The notes under the pieces were generated by a model, which was not told where the DNA came from, did no database searches, and worked only from the letters and a program-made list of their open reading frames with translations. Source: an uncultured Methanoregulaceae archaeon (GTDB lineage: Archaea; Halobacteriota; Methanomicrobia; Methanomicrobiales; Methanospirillaceae). From it: DNA of 64,000 bases. This document shows positions 20,508-31,365 of the stretch, piece after piece. Every line of letters begins with the position of its first letter. Position 1 is the first letter of the stretch. A program made the translations under genes and the position numbers. Where the stretch lies: positions 288,001-352,000 of the forward strand of contig CAWJAX010000005.1 in the NCBI GenBank assembly GCA_963841015.1, read 5' to 3'.

Positions 20508-22924
20508 ATGCCTGAAGTTCAATTGAGGGTGGATTCCGCGTATCCCGGCGATCAGGGTGGCGGAAAAGCCCGGCTCGATCCCGAGACGATGTTACTCCTC
20601 AAGATCTCGCCGGGGGATCTTGTGGCGATTGAAGGGAAACGCAGGACTGTTGCCAAAGTGTGGCGGGCGCTTGTTGAGGATTGGAACCAGCGCAAAATAC
20701 GCATTGATAATTTCACCCGGCTTAATGCCGGAGTGAGCATTGGTGATACAGTCAGGGTTGTAAAAATTGCTGATGAAGTGGAAGCAAAGAGGGTTGTCCT
20801 GGCCCCCCCTGAGGATCTCCCGAAAAAGATACCGATCGCAAACAATCCACATGTGGTGAATGGATTGATCGATTTCCCGGTCGCGAAGAATGATTCAGTG
20901 CCTATTATGCTGGGCCTGCCATTTATCCAACCCCAGATCGTTGCCTTCAAGGTTGTTGAGATTGAACCCGAGGAGGCGGTTATCATTACCAAGAACACGT
21001 CCATTGAGTTCTCCGATAAACCCGCATTAGGTTTCGAGGGTATCAAGCGATTCTCATATGAGGACATTGGAGGCCTCAAAGACGAACTACAACGACTCCG
21101 TGAGACCATTGAACTTCCGCTGCGCCACCCGGAACTTTTCCAGAAACTGGGAATAGAACCCCCCAAGGGTGTTCTGCTTTATGGTCCTCCAGGAACAGGC
21201 AAGACACTGATCGCAAAAGCGGTTGCAAGCGAGAGTGGTGCACATTTCATCTCGATTGCCGGTCCCGAAGTCATCTCGAAATATTATGGTGAGAGCGAAC
21301 AACGGCTCCGTGAAGTCTTTGAGGAAGCACGGGAGAACTCCCCTTCAATCATATTCATTGATGAACTCGACTCTATTGCACCCCGAAGGGAGGAAGTTAC
21401 CGGAGAAGTGGAACGACGGGTGGTCGCTCAGCTCCTGACCATGATGGATGGTCTGGAAGAACGCGGGCAGGTCGTTGTGATTGGAGCGACGAACCGGGTT
21501 GATGCAATTGATGCCGCCCTCAGGAGGCCGGGAAGATTTGACCGTGAGATAGAAATTGGCGTCCCGAGCGAGCTGGACCGGATCGAGATCCTCAAGATTC
21601 ATACCCGCGGCATGCCGCTTGCCGAAGATGTGAGAATTGAAATTCTTTCCCAGCAGACACACGGTTTTGTTGGTGCCGATCTTGCAGCACTTGCCCGTGA
21701 GGCTGCAATCCGGGCATTGCGCCGGTATCTTCCGGATCTGGATCTCGATGCCGAGGAAGTCCCGGCAGAAGTGCTGGATTCGTTACGGGTTCTCGCCAGT
21801 GACTTCCGCAGCGCCCAGCGTGATGTTGGTCCCAGTGCAATGCGGGAAGTGATGCTCGAAGTTTCGCATGTGAAATGGGATAATGTAGGCGGACTCGAAG
21901 AAGCAAAGACCGAAGTCCGTGAAGCAGTTGAGTACCCTCTGACCCACCGGCAGAAATTCGAAGATCTTGGAATTGAACCTCCGCGTGGAGTTCTTCTTTA
22001 TGGTCCGCCAGGAACAGGGAAGACGCTGATCGCTAAAGCGGTCGCGAGCGAGAGCGGGGCAAACTTTATCCCGGTTCGGGCACCCAGCTACTCTCCAAGT
22101 GGGTTGGAGAGAGCGAACGTGCGGTGCGGGAGGTGTTTAAGAAGGCTCGGCAGGTCGCACCATCAATTATATTCTTTGATGAGATTGACGCACTCGCACC
22201 TGCACGGGGTACTTCCAGCGATTCGCATGTGATTGATAACGTCCTTAACCAGATCCTGACTGAGATGGACGGTCTTGAGGAGCTCAAGGATGTTGTGGTT
22301 ATGGGGGCTACAAACCGTCCTGATATTGTTGATCCGGCACTCCTGCGGGCAGGAAGGTTTGACCGCCTTGTCTATATAGGGGAGCCTACGTTCGAGGACC
22401 GGAAAAAAATTATCCAGATCCACACAAGGTATATGCCGCTTGAAGATTCAGCGCTTGAAGCGATCATGGACCTGACAGAAAGTTACAGTGAAGAGGCAAT
22501 AGCGGAACTTGGTGAAAAGCTGGGTAAAGACCGGACTCTTGATATCGAAGATGTCAAGATAATAATCGTACCAGCTGCTGAAGGGAGTACTGGAGCATCT
22601 GTTGGTATACGCCGGAAACGTTTTGTTGAACTTTTGAGTGAACAGCACCTTGTCTTTTCAGATCCAGCCCGCAACCGGCTTGCAACCACCCTCTCCGAAA
22701 TCACTGAAGGCTTCGTCGGGTCGGATCTTGAATCAATGTGCCGGGAAGCGGGCATGCTGGCACTACGTGAAGATGCTACAATAGTAACCAAGCGCCACTT
22801 TGAGGAAGCCCAGAAAAAGGTGCACCCGATGATGAACGAGAGGCTTAGAGAATATTACAAAAACATCCAGCAGCACTTCAAAGGTGGTCTCCCCAAACAG
22901 GTGCAGCCACCGGAATACCAGTAA
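20508..22924 (+). CDS. cdc48: CDC48/VAT family AAA+ ATPase; 1-nt deletion frameshift near 22078-22086
   Basis: Two AAA domains (GPPGTGKT twice). The conserved ...[16 protein letters not shown]... is split between ORFs 20493..22232 and 22124..22924. Confidence 0.92.
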
Positions 22925-22933
22925 CTCTTTTTT

Positions 22934-23740
22934 TTACCCGCTTACGAGCATCATCCCGCCAATGAAGATCAGTATCCCTGCAAATGCGATCTGTAAATTC
23001 CGCCCGGAGCAGCGGTAAGCGCACCGCACGCCGAATCGTGAGAGCGGGATGGTAGTTGCAGCGAGGATAGCAAACGTCATGAGATTGACATAACCCATCG
23101 AGTAGGGAGGCAGGCCCGCCATTCCCCACCCGTTGATAACATACGCAGTCACAGCGCCGATTGACGAGAAGATCAGACAGGCTGAGGAAGTGCCGACCGC
23201 TGTGTGCATGGGATATCCAAGGAGTATCACAAGAACTGGTACGAGCAGGATGCCCCCGCCAATCCCGGCAAGACCGGAGACGATGCCGATCAAAAAACCG
23301 ATGAGGAGGTATATACCGGTTGATCCACGGGGTTCGCAAGTCGAACAAGCCTGGATATGCCAGACCATACGGACTGCTGTCGCGATGATAAGGAGGGCAA
23401 AGAACGTCCGGAGTACATAGCCCGGCAGGTGGGCGGCGATCGTCCCTCCGGTAAGACCCCCGAAGACTGCGGCACAACCCATCAGTATTGCTGCCTGCCA
23501 GTTCACTGCCCCGCGGCGGTGGTGGGCGAACGCCGCGCTGGTCATCGTCGGGATCATTACGGCGAGGGAGGTTCCGAACGCGAGCCGGGTGCCAAGCGTT
23601 CCGTCAATCCCGCCAGCCGTATAGAGCCAGTACTGGACCGGTGTCATCAGGAACCCGCCACCGACCCCGAAGAGACCGGAAGCGGTTCCCGCAGTAATCC
23701 CTGTGATGATAAGGCTGAAAAAATACAGGATCGGGTCCAC
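22934..23740 (-). CDS. TauE/SafE (TSUP) sulfite exporter family membrane protein
   Basis: Duplicated SGL.G.GGG....P and A.GTS motifs; about 8 TM helices. Confidence 0.9.
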   Translation of the reverse strand: MDPILYFFSLIITGITAGTASGLFGVGGGFLMTPVQYWLYTAGGIDGTLGTRLAFGTSLAVMIPTMTSAAFAHHRRGAVNWQAAILMGCAAVFGGLTGGTIAAHLPGYVLRTFFALLIIATAVRMVWHIQACSTCEPRGSTGIYLLIGFLIGIVSGLAGIGGGILLVPVLVILLGYPMHTAVGTSSACLIFSSIGAVTAYVINGWGMAGLPPYSMGYVNLMTFAILAATTIPLSRFGVRCAYRCSGRNLQIAFAGILIFIGGMMLVSG

Positions 23741-23804
23741 AGGCTCTCCAAATCTGCTGCAGAGTTATTATACCCCCAGTCTCAATAGTCTAACGGGATA
23801 AAGT

Positions 23805-24377
23805 ATGGGACGACCTGCACTGCTCATCATCGATATGCAGAACGATTTCGTACTGGAAGGCAAACCGCTGAGAGTTGCCGGGGCCGGTACGGTAATACCG
23901 AAGATCCAGGCTGCGCTGACTGAGTTCAGGAAACGATCCCTACCGGTTTTCCACGTCCTGCGGGTACACCGGGCGGATGGTTCGGACGTGGAGATCATAC
24001 GGCAGGAGCTTTTCAATAAGCAGCCATTTGCCGTTGCCGGTACCCGAGGGGCAGAGGTAATTGATCAACTAACACCTCTTGAAGGTGAGTATATCCTCAC
24101 CAAGACAAGGATGAGTGCGTTCATTGGCACGGAACTCGACCTGATGCTCCGGACAATTGGTGTAACGAGTATCGTGGTCTGCGGCATTCAGACTCCGAAT
24201 TGCATCCGGACCACCATTTTCGATGGTATTGCGTACAATTATCCTGTGGTACTGATCGATGATGCGACCGGGGCAGCATCAGATGAGGTGCACCGGGCCA
24301 ATATCCGGGACATGCAGAATATCGGAGTAAAGATCATCAATGCAGCGGATCTGGCGGGTTTTCTTGACATACTGTAA
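23805..24377 (+). CDS. Isochorismatase/cysteine hydrolase family protein
   Basis: ALLIIDMQNDF, KTRMSAF, GIQTPNCIRTT (D-K-C triad). Confidence 0.92.
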   Translation: MGRPALLIIDMQNDFVLEGKPLRVAGAGTVIPKIQAALTEFRKRSLPVFHVLRVHRADGSDVEIIRQELFNKQPFAVAGTRGAEVIDQLTPLEGEYILTKTRMSAFIGTELDLMLRTIGVTSIVVCGIQTPNCIRTTIFDGIAYNYPVVLIDDATGAASDEVHRANIRDMQNIGVKIINAADLAGFLDIL

Positions 24378-24438
24378 ATACTCCCCTCATTAAAAGTTTT
24401 CCTGTATTATTTGTCTGCAGGCTATCCAGGGTACCCGT

Positions 24439-24666
24439 CTATTCACAGTACGGATCGTATACCGATTCCTCAATCACCCGGCGCGGTGGTTTGCCCCGGC
24501 CACCCGAATGGGAGTGTCTGGATGTCCGGTCCCTCTCTGTCTCTTCATCATCCAGTTCCACATCTTTTGATTCCTGAGGTTTTTCTCCCGTCTGCGAGAC
24601 CGGTTCCCGGTTTTGGAAGGTTTTTTCTTTCTGAGTATCCTGCATTTTCTGAATTTCTTCTGCCAT
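24439..24666 (-). CDS. Small charged, probably disordered hypothetical protein (75 aa)
   Basis: ATG ORF filling the gap between genes; E/K/Q-rich with C-terminal YDPYCE; AT-rich upstream region. Confidence 0.5.
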   Translation of the reverse strand: MAEEIQKMQDTQKEKTFQNREPVSQTGEKPQESKDVELDDEETERDRTSRHSHSGGRGKPPRRVIEESVYDPYCE

Positions 24667-24919
24667 AGATATCAGGATGGATATTACAAAAGAAGCTACA
24701 GAAATAGCTTACTCTTAAAAAACACGATTGTTTTGAGAATAATCGGGATTAAGAACTCCTGTCTCCAGCTCTTTCTATAACACAGGTGAGGCAGAAACCT
24801 GTGTAAAATGTTTACATGCCTTCTTATTACAAAAAAATAACCTGAATAGTCTCCAGTTAACCCCCAAGGGTTCACACAAACCTTTTAAAGCGACAAAAAA
24901 AACATATGCCAGAAGCATT

Positions 24920-25543
24920 TTGGCAAATACAAAAAGCCACATCCAGGACATTCCGGATAGTGTAAAACAGAAAAAACGTACCACCGGTATTGTAGGTCTT
25001 AACCTTTTACTGGATGGTGGATTTCCCGAAGGGACCATTATCATGGTCTACGGGACACCGCTAGCCGGTGTAGATCTTGCAGCGTTACAGTTCTGGAAGG
25101 TGGAAGGGGAAGAGGGCACCTATCTGATGAACGATGGTGACGTTGAGATTGGAATGCTCGACGCTACGGATCTACATCCCGAGATGTATATCCCGCAGAT
25201 GGCGGGGGGGCGTATTGTTGTTGACTCACTCTCGACTATTATTATTAAGTACGGAATTGAGGAAGCACTTAAGTTTTTACGACTGACCCGTGAAGAAATG
25301 AAGAAACGTAGTGCAAATATTATGTTTGTCGTCTACACGGGGATTCATGCGCCCATAGAAATGACCAGGGTCATGCGTGCGGCAGACATTGTGATTGAGT
25401 TCAAGACAGATATTCATCAGGCCGAGATCGAGCGGACACTGGCAGTGCACAAGATGAAGGATTCGGCGTCGCCACGGCGATTGCTTCCATTCATCATTAC
25501 TGACAATGGCATCGAAGCATCGACTACATCCAGGGTCGTATAA
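24920..25543 (+). CDS. KaiC/RAD55-like RecA-fold protein with degenerate Walker A
   Basis: TTGIVGLNLLLDGGFPEG, RIVVDSLS, ADIVIEF, HKM, PFIITDNGI. The P-loop reads GTPLAGVD. Confidence 0.85.
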   Translation: MANTKSHIQDIPDSVKQKKRTTGIVGLNLLLDGGFPEGTIIMVYGTPLAGVDLAALQFWKVEGEEGTYLMNDGDVEIGMLDATDLHPEMYIPQMAGGRIVVDSLSTIIIKYGIEEALKFLRLTREEMKKRSANIMFVVYTGIHAPIEMTRVMRAADIVIEFKTDIHQAEIERTLAVHKMKDSASPRRLLPFIITDNGIEASTTSRVV

Positions 25544-25745
25544 TCATTTTTTCATTTATTTCAATTATTTTTTTTTGAGGGTTGCCGGCATACTCCAATT
25601 ATTATAATGCCCATAATTGCAATTGGGGATGGTATTTGGATTCACTCCAGTAGTTATCTTTAATCCCTCAAACAAAAATCTGAAATTTTTCCGGTGATAA
25701 AAAACCCGGGGAAATTATCATAAATCTTTAAAAAAATTCTTTAAC

Positions 25746-26462
25746 CTATTTTTTTTTGATTATTTCGTGTGTATTACAGAACTTTCCGTACAAAAATTCC
25801 CTTGCCACCCGCTGGCACAATTTATTGCTTGTCTCAAGGTACCGTTCCGAATCGCGTCCTATCTTTTCTTTCAGGAATTTTCTCTCACCACGGGTCCAGT
25901 CCCGGATCAGGCCTTCGGTCATCTCAAGATGGAACTGGAGACCGAGAGCTGACCCGAGCCGGAATCCCTGGTATGGTACTCGATCCCCCCTGCACTGGAG
26001 TCTTCCTCCAACAGGCAGGTGGAATGTTTCGCTATGCATCTGAAAAACGTGGAAAGTCTTCGGGAAAGACGCAAAAACTCCGATTGCATCGGGAGTAGAA
26101 TGTACTGGGCACCAGCCGGTTTCGTTCAGAAACCGGTACACAGTCGCCCCGTTTGCAGATGCGATCAGCTGAGCACCGAGGCACAGACCGAGTACAGGAA
26201 CCCGCTTCCTTACTGACTGCCGGATCAGCTTCTTTTCCTCTTTGATCCACGGAAAATCATTTTCATCGTTTACGCTCATCGGACCGCCAAGGAAAAGAAG
26301 GCGGTTTGCGTTCCCGGCGCTGACAGGGTCATCGTCCCAGAGATGTGTATAGTCAAACGGGATGCCCTCTTCTGAGAAAATATGTTCAAAATAACCGAGT
26401 GGTTCTGAAGGTGTGTGTTGGAAAGCCCTGACCCGGATCGAATTTCCCGTCATTCCTGACAT
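25746..26462 (-). CDS. Type 1 glutamine amidotransferase
   Basis: FQH..EPLG, LGGPMSV, GLCLGAQ, QFHLE (C-H-E triad). Start uncertain. Confidence 0.9.
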   Translation of the reverse strand: MSGMTGNSIRVRAFQHTPSEPLGYFEHIFSEEGIPFDYTHLWDDDPVSAGNANRLLFLGGPMSVNDENDFPWIKEEKKLIRQSVRKRVPVLGLCLGAQLIASANGATVYRFLNETGWCPVHSTPDAIGVFASFPKTFHVFQMHSETFHLPVGGRLQCRGDRVPYQGFRLGSALGLQFHLEMTEGLIRDWTRGERKFLKEKIGRDSERYLETSNKLCQRVAREFLYGKFCNTHEIIKKK

Positions 26463-26719
26463 AGTAGTTTTCTCACTACATTCTATGATACGCAGCACAT
26501 TTTGGACTTGTGGTTCTGGCAAATAATTGATGTGGTCTATGGTACTATCAGGAATTCCCGTTGCCTTGAAATAGCAGCCTGGTGCAAGTGACTGCTTTTA
26601 TCCAGACCAGCCTTCGCAATTGGTTGCATCTGCAATCTCCTGCCATACGTACCTGTAACTCTCTTGAATTACTCGTCCTGAGGAAATTTTTTTGGAGAAT
26701 CAGGGAAAAAATTAAAAAT

Positions 26720-27625
26720 TCAGAGCCCGATTCGCACCATCTTTGCTGCTTCAGACATGTGCTTTAATTTGGCAAAAGCTGCCTCACGGGACCGCATTCT
26801 CATTCCACAGTCCGGATCGAGCAGCATGATCCTTGGATCGAATACCTCAATCCCTTTTTCAATTCTTTTTTTGATCTCCACAATGCTTTCGATCTTTTCA
26901 ATCGATGAGTCCACACAACCGTACCCAATCATCCGCCCGGCAAGATCACGGCGGGAGAGCAGATCGAGATTTGCAGGATTATTCGAAAATTCGAAGTCCA
27001 GAACATTAACGTTGAATTTCAGGATTTCATCGAGTACATTTCCTAAATTTCCGCACACATGCATGCAGGTTGGAATCCGCAATGCGGTCGTGATCATTTC
27101 AATGGCCTGTTTTCCGATAGCAAGATCAGCCATGCCAGTAGAAAATATCGGTTCATCGATCTGCAAGAGGGTTACTCCGACAGCTTCCAATGCTTTTGCC
27201 TCAGGAATCAGTGCAGCGGCAAGATCCAGTGCCAGTTCCTCCTTGTTCCGGTACATCGGGGTACTGATATGAAGACCATGAGCAAGGGTGGTGGGCCCGG
27301 TGACAATCCCTTTCACTTTTGGGGCCTTTCCCAGTGCATACTTCGTATCCCCCACCGTTATTGGTCCGGAAGCTGGCTGTACTTTACCGATAACCTCCTG
27401 ACCTTTAATCCCGGGAAGTTTTGAGGCAAACGCCTGGATCATGTCACCACGGATCTGACCGTCCGATATGATGTCGATGCCTGCAGCGATCTGGTCGGCA
27501 ACAGCCGTCTCGACCGCGGTATGGAGAGGGTCAAAGAGACTTCTCAAACTACTTCCTTTCACGACGGGGTAACTCCCGACCACGGTTGTCGCCAGAACTT
27601 TATCGATGAAATAGTCTTTTACCAT
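26720..27625 (-). CDS. metE: Core (catalytic-domain-only) methionine synthase, MetE C-terminal / MesA-like
   Basis: TTVVGSYP, DGQ.R, TGP.T, QIDEP, HVC..E..PDCG Zn ligands; 301 aa with no folate-binding half. Confidence 0.88.
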   Translation of the reverse strand: MVKDYFIDKVLATTVVGSYPVVKGSSLRSLFDPLHTAVETAVADQIAAGIDIISDGQIRGDMIQAFASKLPGIKGQEVIGKVQPASGPITVGDTKYALGKAPKVKGIVTGPTTLAHGLHISTPMYRNKEELALDLAAALIPEAKALEAVGVTLLQIDEPIFSTGMADLAIGKQAIEMITTALRIPTCMHVCGNLGNVLDEILKFNVNVLDFEFSNNPANLDLLSRRDLAGRMIGYGCVDSSIEKIESIVEIKKRIEKGIEVFDPRIMLLDPDCGMRMRSREAAFAKLKHMSEAAKMVRIGL

Positions 27626-27686
27626 AGGTATTCCGGATAATTAATTGTACAATCGAATCGACCGCGGTGATAAAAAATGTATTTGG

Positions 27687-28979
27687 TCAGGGAACCAGCC
27701 GGTGCATGTCACGAGGGAACGGTCCTGCCTCACGAACATTTGACAATCCAAGCATCGTCATAATCAACCGATCGGTTCCCAACCCCCATCCAGCGTGGGG
27801 TGGCATGCCGTACCGGAACGGGCGCAGGTAGAACTCGAAACTCTCAGGATTCAAGCCTTTCTTTTTGATCTGCTGCACGAGGAGATCATGCTGGTGAACA
27901 CGTTGCGCCCCGCTGGATAACTCCATTCTTGGGTGCATAAGATCGAATGCCTTACAGATTGTGGGATCGTTCTCATAGGGCATGGCATAATAAGGGCGGA
28001 TCTCGCTGGGCCAGTCCACAATGAAGTAGTGCCCGCCCATTTCCGCTCCAATAGCTCTCTCTGCTGCGGGACTGATATCATCACCGTACTTGATCGGGTC
28101 ATCGATCTTTTTCCTTGCAATCTCTATCGCTTCACGATACGGAAGTTGGGGAAATGGTGCACGTGGAATAACCAAATCGGCGATTTCGAGGTTGGCGAGC
28201 TGGTCGTCACAGGTAGCCCTCACATATTCGTACGTTTTAACGATCAGCTCTTCAAGGATGCGCATTACCTCGATATGGTCTGCATACGATACTTCAATAT
28301 CAATCGATGTTGCCTCGTTCAGATGCTTTGTTGTGTTGTGTTCCTCTGCCCTGAAAATAGGCCCGATTTCAAAGACTTTTTCAAATCCTGCCGCCATCAT
28401 CATCTGTTTGTAGAGTTGTGGACTCTGGTTGAGGAATGCTTCTTTGTCAAAGTAGGCAATAGGGAAAAGCTCCGTCCCGCCCTCTGTCGCAGCTGCTACT
28501 ATCTTGGGAGTGGTGATATTGATGAAACCTTCCTGATGGAGGTACTGGTTAATGGCGTGAGTTGCGGCGCTGCGGATCTGGAAAACTGCAGCGACCCGGG
28601 GTCTTCGGGCGTCCAGGAAACGGGCGTCAAGCCTTGTGTCCAGGTCAGCCGGGACCTTCTCTACAACATCCAGGGGGAGTGGGCTGTCAGCTAAACTGAT
28701 GATCTCGAACACATCAGGAACGAGCTCCCGTCCACCCGGTGCCTTGTCGATAGCTTTTACCATCCCTGCGACTCGTACAACAGATTCGCGGGAGACTTGT
28801 TTTGCAGCAGCAAGCACAGCCTCTGAAGCTCTTTTTTTGGGGATGGTGACCTGGATGATTCCGGTGCGGTCGCGGATCAAAAAGAAGGCAAGACCCCCGA
28901 GATCCCGGACCTCATGGACCCAGCCGCAGATTTCTGCTTGTCCGCTTACAGGTGTTACTGATTGTATGGGAATGCGCAT
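27687..28979 (-). CDS. aspS: Aspartyl-tRNA synthetase, archaeal type
   Basis: GWVHEVRDLGG, TEGG, QSPQLYKQ, FRAEE, SGAQR, YGMPPHAGWGLG..R. Confidence 0.97.
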   Translation of the reverse strand: MRIPIQSVTPVSGQAEICGWVHEVRDLGGLAFFLIRDRTGIIQVTIPKKRASEAVLAAAKQVSRESVVRVAGMVKAIDKAPGGRELVPDVFEIISLADSPLPLDVVEKVPADLDTRLDARFLDARRPRVAAVFQIRSAATHAINQYLHQEGFINITTPKIVAAATEGGTELFPIAYFDKEAFLNQSPQLYKQMMMAAGFEKVFEIGPIFRAEEHNTTKHLNEATSIDIEVSYADHIEVMRILEELIVKTYEYVRATCDDQLANLEIADLVIPRAPFPQLPYREAIEIARKKIDDPIKYGDDISPAAERAIGAEMGGHYFIVDWPSEIRPYYAMPYENDPTICKAFDLMHPRMELSSGAQRVHQHDLLVQQIKKKGLNPESFEFYLRPFRYGMPPHAGWGLGTDRLIMTMLGLSNVREAGPFPRDMHRLVP

Positions 28980-29113
28980 GATGAAGTCCTATATCTATGG
29001 GGCGCAGGGGATAATGGATTTTATGGGAATAGCAAATCAGTAAAATGGCTAATATTTACAGATTGCAGGATTCTGATATAAGCACACAGCCGCAAAAAAA
29101 TTTTTTTTCCTTT

Positions 29114-31250
29114 TTAAATTCCTCTCATTTCCGGGTAAAGTACATCCCCTTGCCCGGGCAGTTGGATGGTAGCGATAGTAGTATTGATCCTGCTTAAGGA
29201 ATTGGCAAGGATCTGTTTTTGTGAGAGAGTATAGAGAGTATCCCCGATATAGAGCGAGCGTTTTACTTCGTACGGTGAACCATACCACGCGTACCCCCCA
29301 CCGGTGCTGTGCTCTATCGTTCCCCGCAGGTCAAAACCTTTCTCAGGAGTTACACCGAACACGTATGCCCCGTACCAGATCCGCTGCTGGTCGCCGCTGA
29401 ACTTTTCCGGCATATCAATCGTTTTGACAACCCGAGCCGGGATAACGAGCAGGTTTTTGTTTTTGTCAAACAGGAATGCCCGGTGATCCGAGAGCGCGGC
29501 AGAGTCTGTACCGGAATCACCGATCTCCACCTTGTCGATCTGCTTGGGGTGCTCAACGTCAGATACGTCAAACAGCGCAAGCTTCAGCCCCTTTGTAGAG
29601 ACCCCGCCCCATTCATTTGATGCTGTTTCCTTGCCAACGCCTATGATATGGTTCTTATCATAAGGATGCAGGTAATCAGAGTAACCGGGGATCTTGAGTT
29701 TGCCAAGGATTTTCGGGCTTAAGGGATTGGAGAGATCGATAACAAAGAAAGGATCAATTCGTTTGAAGGTGACCATGTAGAGCCGGTCGCCGATAAACCG
29801 GGTCGAGTAAATTTTTTCCTGTTCGGCGATATGGGTAAGTGACCCGATCGTCTTCATTACACCATCAAGCACAAAGACGTTATTATACTGGTACTGCCCG
29901 CGGCTCGTCCAGACGTCTGATGTTGTCGCTACGCGGAGATTACCCCCATACTCATCCATCGCGAACTGGTTCTTTAGATATCCCGGCACCTCCCCTTTCG
30001 CGAGGTAAGTGATTGCACCGTTGTTGATCCCGATCTTATGGATAAGGGTAGTGCTCTGGTCGATCTCGCGTTTGCGGATTGCTTCCTGCTCTCCGCTCTT
30101 CATCTCTGCTATGACAGCCTGCTTCTCACTCTCGCTCATTGTGTTGAAATCTGCTGCGACAGCGGGTGATGATCCCTCTGTGATACCGGAAGCGGATCCA
30201 CCGGAACTTTGCACCACATCGAGGACAGGTTCTGCCAGCCCTCTCATCGGCCGGTATACATTGTGGTACTTTTGGTAACTCACGTACATTGCATCAGGTG
30301 AGACATAGAGGATATTACCGCTGCCGATAAGGTACGTTTTTGCATCCTTTGTGGCACCGTTTCTGGCATCGAATGAAGTGACGGTGGTAAAGTCATACTG
30401 CCGTTCGGGATTGTCGAAGTAGTAGACATCAGGAGTAACGACAATTTTTGCATTCTCCCGCACTGCAGGAACTATGATCCGTTCATTGTACGGGTACACC
30501 GATTCGCGGGAGAGCAGGTAAACCGTACTGCCAATCATGCGGGCGTTCACGTAATCCCCGTCAATAGTGTAGTCTTTGAGGACCATCGGGTGTGCCCGGT
30601 CACTGATATCATAGAAGACAGCATGGGTAACCGGTGCAGAGCGGTAATACGGGTACCGCGGGGGCATCATGGCAATTTTTGCTGTGATATCCGTTCCCTG
30701 CGGTGTGCCACTGAGCTTCTATATCCGATGTACCGGTCTTAAGGAGGACGAGCCGGTCACCGTTGATGAATATCTCGCGGGGTGTATCCTCTAGTTCGGT
30801 CTTTGAAAGGACATATGCAGATGTGGCAGGGTACGCATCCACAATTGTGAGCGTATTGCCAGAGATCACGTAGATATACCGTGCATCATTCTTGACGAAA
30901 TCCGGCTCATCGACACCGGCAACCTGCACATTGGTCTGCGAGTAATCGGGTGAGCCTATGCCTGCGGCTGACGGGAGTGCACCGGATAGGGAAACTCCCT
31001 TTGCCGATTCCTGAGCTGCTGCGATCGGGGCAGGAGCTGCTACCAATGCTCCGTCGGTCCGGTAATTTTCATCCTGTACAAGCTGAGTATTGTTCTTAAT
31101 GTAATCGCGAATTTCGTCTGCTGAACTGAACTTTTTTATATCCGCTGACGGTGCTGTTGCCGGGGAGCTCATACAACCGCTTGCAAGGACTGCTGCAAGC
31201 ATGAGCACGACTGTGGCGAGCACGATCAGGAAGTGTTTCCTGTGCGACAT
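29114..31250 (-). CDS. Secreted lipoprotein with beta-propeller domain; +1 frameshift between 30609 and about 30717
   Basis: Lipobox ASGC and YSQTNVQVAGVDEPDFVK in ORF 30609..31250; NQFAMDEY, IYSTRF, DP.FVIDL, KIPGYSDYLHP in ORF 29114..30670. Confidence 0.88.
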
Positions 31251-31365
31251 AGTTGATCACAATTCTTTACACAGCAAAAGGTGATGAATCTGGCGTTAAC
31301 TGCGAAAAAAACTGAATCTATTGCTTGATAATTTTTTATGGGGAATTTATGGTAATATACCCCTC

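Noticed and set aside
20508-22924. cdc48, atpB and ubiD as true pseudogenes or programmed frameshifts
   Set aside because: Each has a single indel, no other decay and no slippery heptamer. Sequencing error is more parsimonious.
26720-27625. Half-length MetE as a truncated gene
   Set aside because: Core-only methionine synthases are the normal form in methanogens, and the Zn ligands are intact.
27715-27735. AspRS C-terminal REAGPFPRD instead of the usual REAVLFPRD-like motif
   Set aside because: Probably a local basecalling error given the other errors; cannot be judged without reads.
27933-28694. Long antisense ORFs (253 aa here; also 15138..15785, 49628..50326, 55857..56501)
   Set aside because: They are shadows of well-supported genes on the opposite strand, with no motifs of their own.
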